Assembly: GCA_052327205.1 (NCBI GenBank)
Contig: CM126226.1
Location: forward strand, 37,572,001-37,636,000
Length of the DNA: 64,000 nt
Reading direction: 5' to 3'
From: Somniosus microcephalus
Taxonomy: Eukaryota
Position 1 is the stretch's first letter; each line of letters opens with the position of its first letter. Shown in pieces: positions 61,426 through 64,000 of the stretch. The notes beneath the pieces were generated by a model. It saw nothing but the letters and a program-made list of their open reading frames with translations, had not been told where the DNA came from and ran no database searches. A program made the translations under genes and the position numbers.

Positions 61426-62899
61426 GGGGGGAGAGAGTCAGCGTGAGCAGGGGGAGTAGGGAGCGAGCAGGGTCTGCTCTTACTCCGCAAGAAATGGGGA
61501 ACTTGCCCTCAATTTGTGCCAGAATCTGGTGTGATGAAATGCTGGGTACACCTGCGGATTAAGCCTGTGGCCCCCCCTCCCCACCCCCTTGCATGGCCCT
61601 GTCAAACACCTAAATTCGATGGTTTTGAGTTGTCGGCTTGTTTTGAAGTCATTAGTCAGCTTTTGCCAGTATTACAGGTTCAGTCTCTGTGCAGCATACT
61701 GCTGACACTCTCTGTCTAGACTCGCACACAAATCTAGATCACTTGCACAAAGTAGCGGAGGTCCCCAAACCCCAGCTCTAGTCGGCAGCTTCAGCGAAAG
61801 AGATGAGAAAATGGGAGGAAGGAGAAAAAGAGTCTCCCTCCAGACGTGCAAATTAATTGGCTTTGTATCCACATGTGAATCTGGTGACAGTGCTATTCCG
61901 TCACGATGGCAGCGCAATGGCCAGGCGCACTGAAATCATTTCAGCCTCTCATTTAACTTCCATCAGCGTTCCTTTTAGTTTGAAAACTCAACATATGCGG
62001 GGATAAAAAAAAAAGACAGTGGAGAGTAAAAGGCTGTAATTAAATCCTGGATATTAAAGTTGTCATCTGAATCCCCAACAGTGAATCACGGCCTGGCAAC
62101 TCACTCTCCGCAATCCGTAGTTCCCTCTGTGTATAATAAAACACATGGATCATCAAACCCCGACCTTCCCCCAAAAAAGAACAAAATACGTAACATAACT
62201 GGAGGCCTTTTTGTTGCAGCTTGTGCTGGCAAAACAGGGAGTGTGAAGGGCAGAATAGAGCCCGGGTCAGGCCAGGGGAAAGGCAGTTTCAATATTTTAC
62301 GTTAGTTTAAATTTGTACAAGAACAGCAGATGACATTGAATTATTCATTGTGTATTTTTTCTTCCTTCTTGTTTCCTTTTTGCAGTGGGAGCTGGTGTTG
62401 AAGCAGTTATTGAGGGGAATGTGATTGTGTGCGGTGGGAGTGATTGCTGGTGTCTGTGATGGTGCGGGGGCCCTGCCGAACAGTCAGGGCTTAGGCAGCT
62501 CTCTCAGGCTCTTCACGGCCCACAGTGGAGTGATTCGAATTGGTCGGAAATGACACGATGATCTGCAATTTGACAGCGGATAACATCTGGAATCCTCTAA
62601 TTGGCACATATTTTGAATATGTCACTAGGGTGGCCTGTCAGGCCCAACAGTTATCACCAGCTGCCCTCTGCTACTGACTCTGATTTATTTTATTTGAGGC
62701 CCCCTCAGATGTCTGGATGCCTCAGTTTTCAAAAGGCCAAGAGTTTTTTTATGCATATACACTTGGTCTGGGGGTGTGGGCATCACTGGCAAGGCAGGAT
62801 TTATTGCACATCCTTAGTTACCCTGATGTCAACCATGAAGTGTGGGACTGGAGTTACGTGTAGGCCAGACCGGGTAAGGGTGGCAGGTTTCCTTCCCTG

Positions 62900-63148
62900 A
62901 ACAACAACAGCAACAACTTGCATTTATATAGCACCTTTAACGTAATACAATGTCCCAAGCCACTTCACTGGAGCGTAATCAGACAAAATTTGACACCGAA
63001 CCACATTAGGACATGTGACCAAAAGCCTGGTCAAACCGGTAACTTTTAAGCAGCGTCTTCAAGGAGGAGTAGAGAGGTTTAGGGAGGGAATTCCAGAGCT
63101 TAGGGTCCAGGCAGCTAAAGGTACAGCCGCCACTGGTGGAGCGGTGAA
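62900..63148 (-). mobile_element. L2 LINE 3' fragment
   Basis: ACAACAACAGCAACAACTTGCATTTATATAG tail, and AGGGAGGGAATTCCAGAGCTTAGG. Confidence 0.85.
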
Positions 63149-63809
63149 AACCGGGGCTGCGATAGTTGAACCAGTTGGGTTTTCACCATAACGCTGCAGC
63201 TTTCATGGTCATTTTTTTCCCTGGAGCCAGCCCACAAAAGACCAAATTTATTCTAATAAATTTCACGCTGGGATTTAACCTCACGGTCTCTGAGTTACCA
63301 GTCTAGCATCACAACCTCGAGGCTGCCGTCCCCCATTTATCAGTCTGAAAAAAACAATTCTGCATCTTCTACCAGGTACAGTTCACCATACACCTTCCAG
63401 TATCTAGTCCCAAAGCCCATTCTTAATGCATGAGTTTCGACGGTGAATCTTGGCGCGGACAAGTTGACTGCTGAGCATAATCCTTTCTTCACCAGACAGC
63501 CGCACACACGCACACTCCTGCAGGGGGTCAGTGAACAGCGATGAGGAGTGGGAACCCTGGCTGACCTTCTCCTCCGTGGCACAGGAACACTAAGGCCAAC
63601 TGAAGTGCCCCACAGTGATGTGTGGCTGAGATCAGCTGGCTCGGCCCAAACTGGGGATGGAACCTGGCCTGAGTGACTGAGTTACGCACTGCACAGTGCG
63701 CTTAAGTACTACGGTATTTTAGGAAGGACCCTATATGTGCTTTATTAAATATCTATTAATACACTACGATATATAAATGAAAGTTCTATTAATAAAATGT
63801 AGAGTACTG

Positions 63810-63975
63810 GGACTGGGGTAGTAATCAGGTTAGAAGACTGTTCACCTCTGAAACCTGTGTTTGAACCCAGGGCACACTGAGGAGATGATGGTCTCCTCCT
63901 GCTAACTATTATGGGTCCTGAGGAAATGAGTCTGGGGCAGCCTCAGCTCAGGATCAGCAGCTGTAAGCTAATAGC
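63810..63975 (+). mobile_element. LF-SINE-like element, 5' part
   Basis: TTCACCTCTG..GTTTGAACCCAG..GAAATGAGT; similar to the copies at 31815 and 37140. Confidence 0.45.
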
Positions 63976-64000
63976 ACAGATAATTCATCTCTTTATTGGC

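Noticed and set aside
57734-61562. ORFs of 1241, 1175 and 821 aa
   Set aside because: All three plus frames give the same 17-aa cycle because the 17-bp unit has no stop codon. There is no unique domain and no sign of codon-level constraint.

Overview
This is repeat-dense, non-coding vertebrate DNA, almost certainly from a cartilaginous fish (shark). That call is inferred from the repeat content: many CR1 and L2 LINE 3' fragments, tRNA-headed Deu-domain SINEs of the SacSINE1/AmnSINE1 type, LF-SINE-like copies and shark-type Penelope-like elements (PLEs). No host protein-coding gene can be supported. The long ORFs (up to 1241 aa) are by-products of stop-free minisatellites, and the only real protein homologies belong to decayed transposons. 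Highlights: (1) a frameshifted Neptune-type PLE (RT + GIY-YIG) inserted inside a 44-bp hairpin-forming tandem array, with a minimal hammerhead-ribozyme motif in its 3' pseudo-LTR; (2) two short inverted-pLTR elements carrying further hammerhead-like motifs; (3) a 67-bp minisatellite that appears to derive from the 3' part of an LF-SINE-like element; (4) a fold-back structure whose arms enclose a copy of nearby DNA; (5) about eight minisatellites, including a 3.8-kb CpG-rich 17-bp array; (6) clean MITEs and a solo LTR with target-site duplications. Family names come from remembered consensus motifs, not database searches, and the edges of decayed repeats are approximate.
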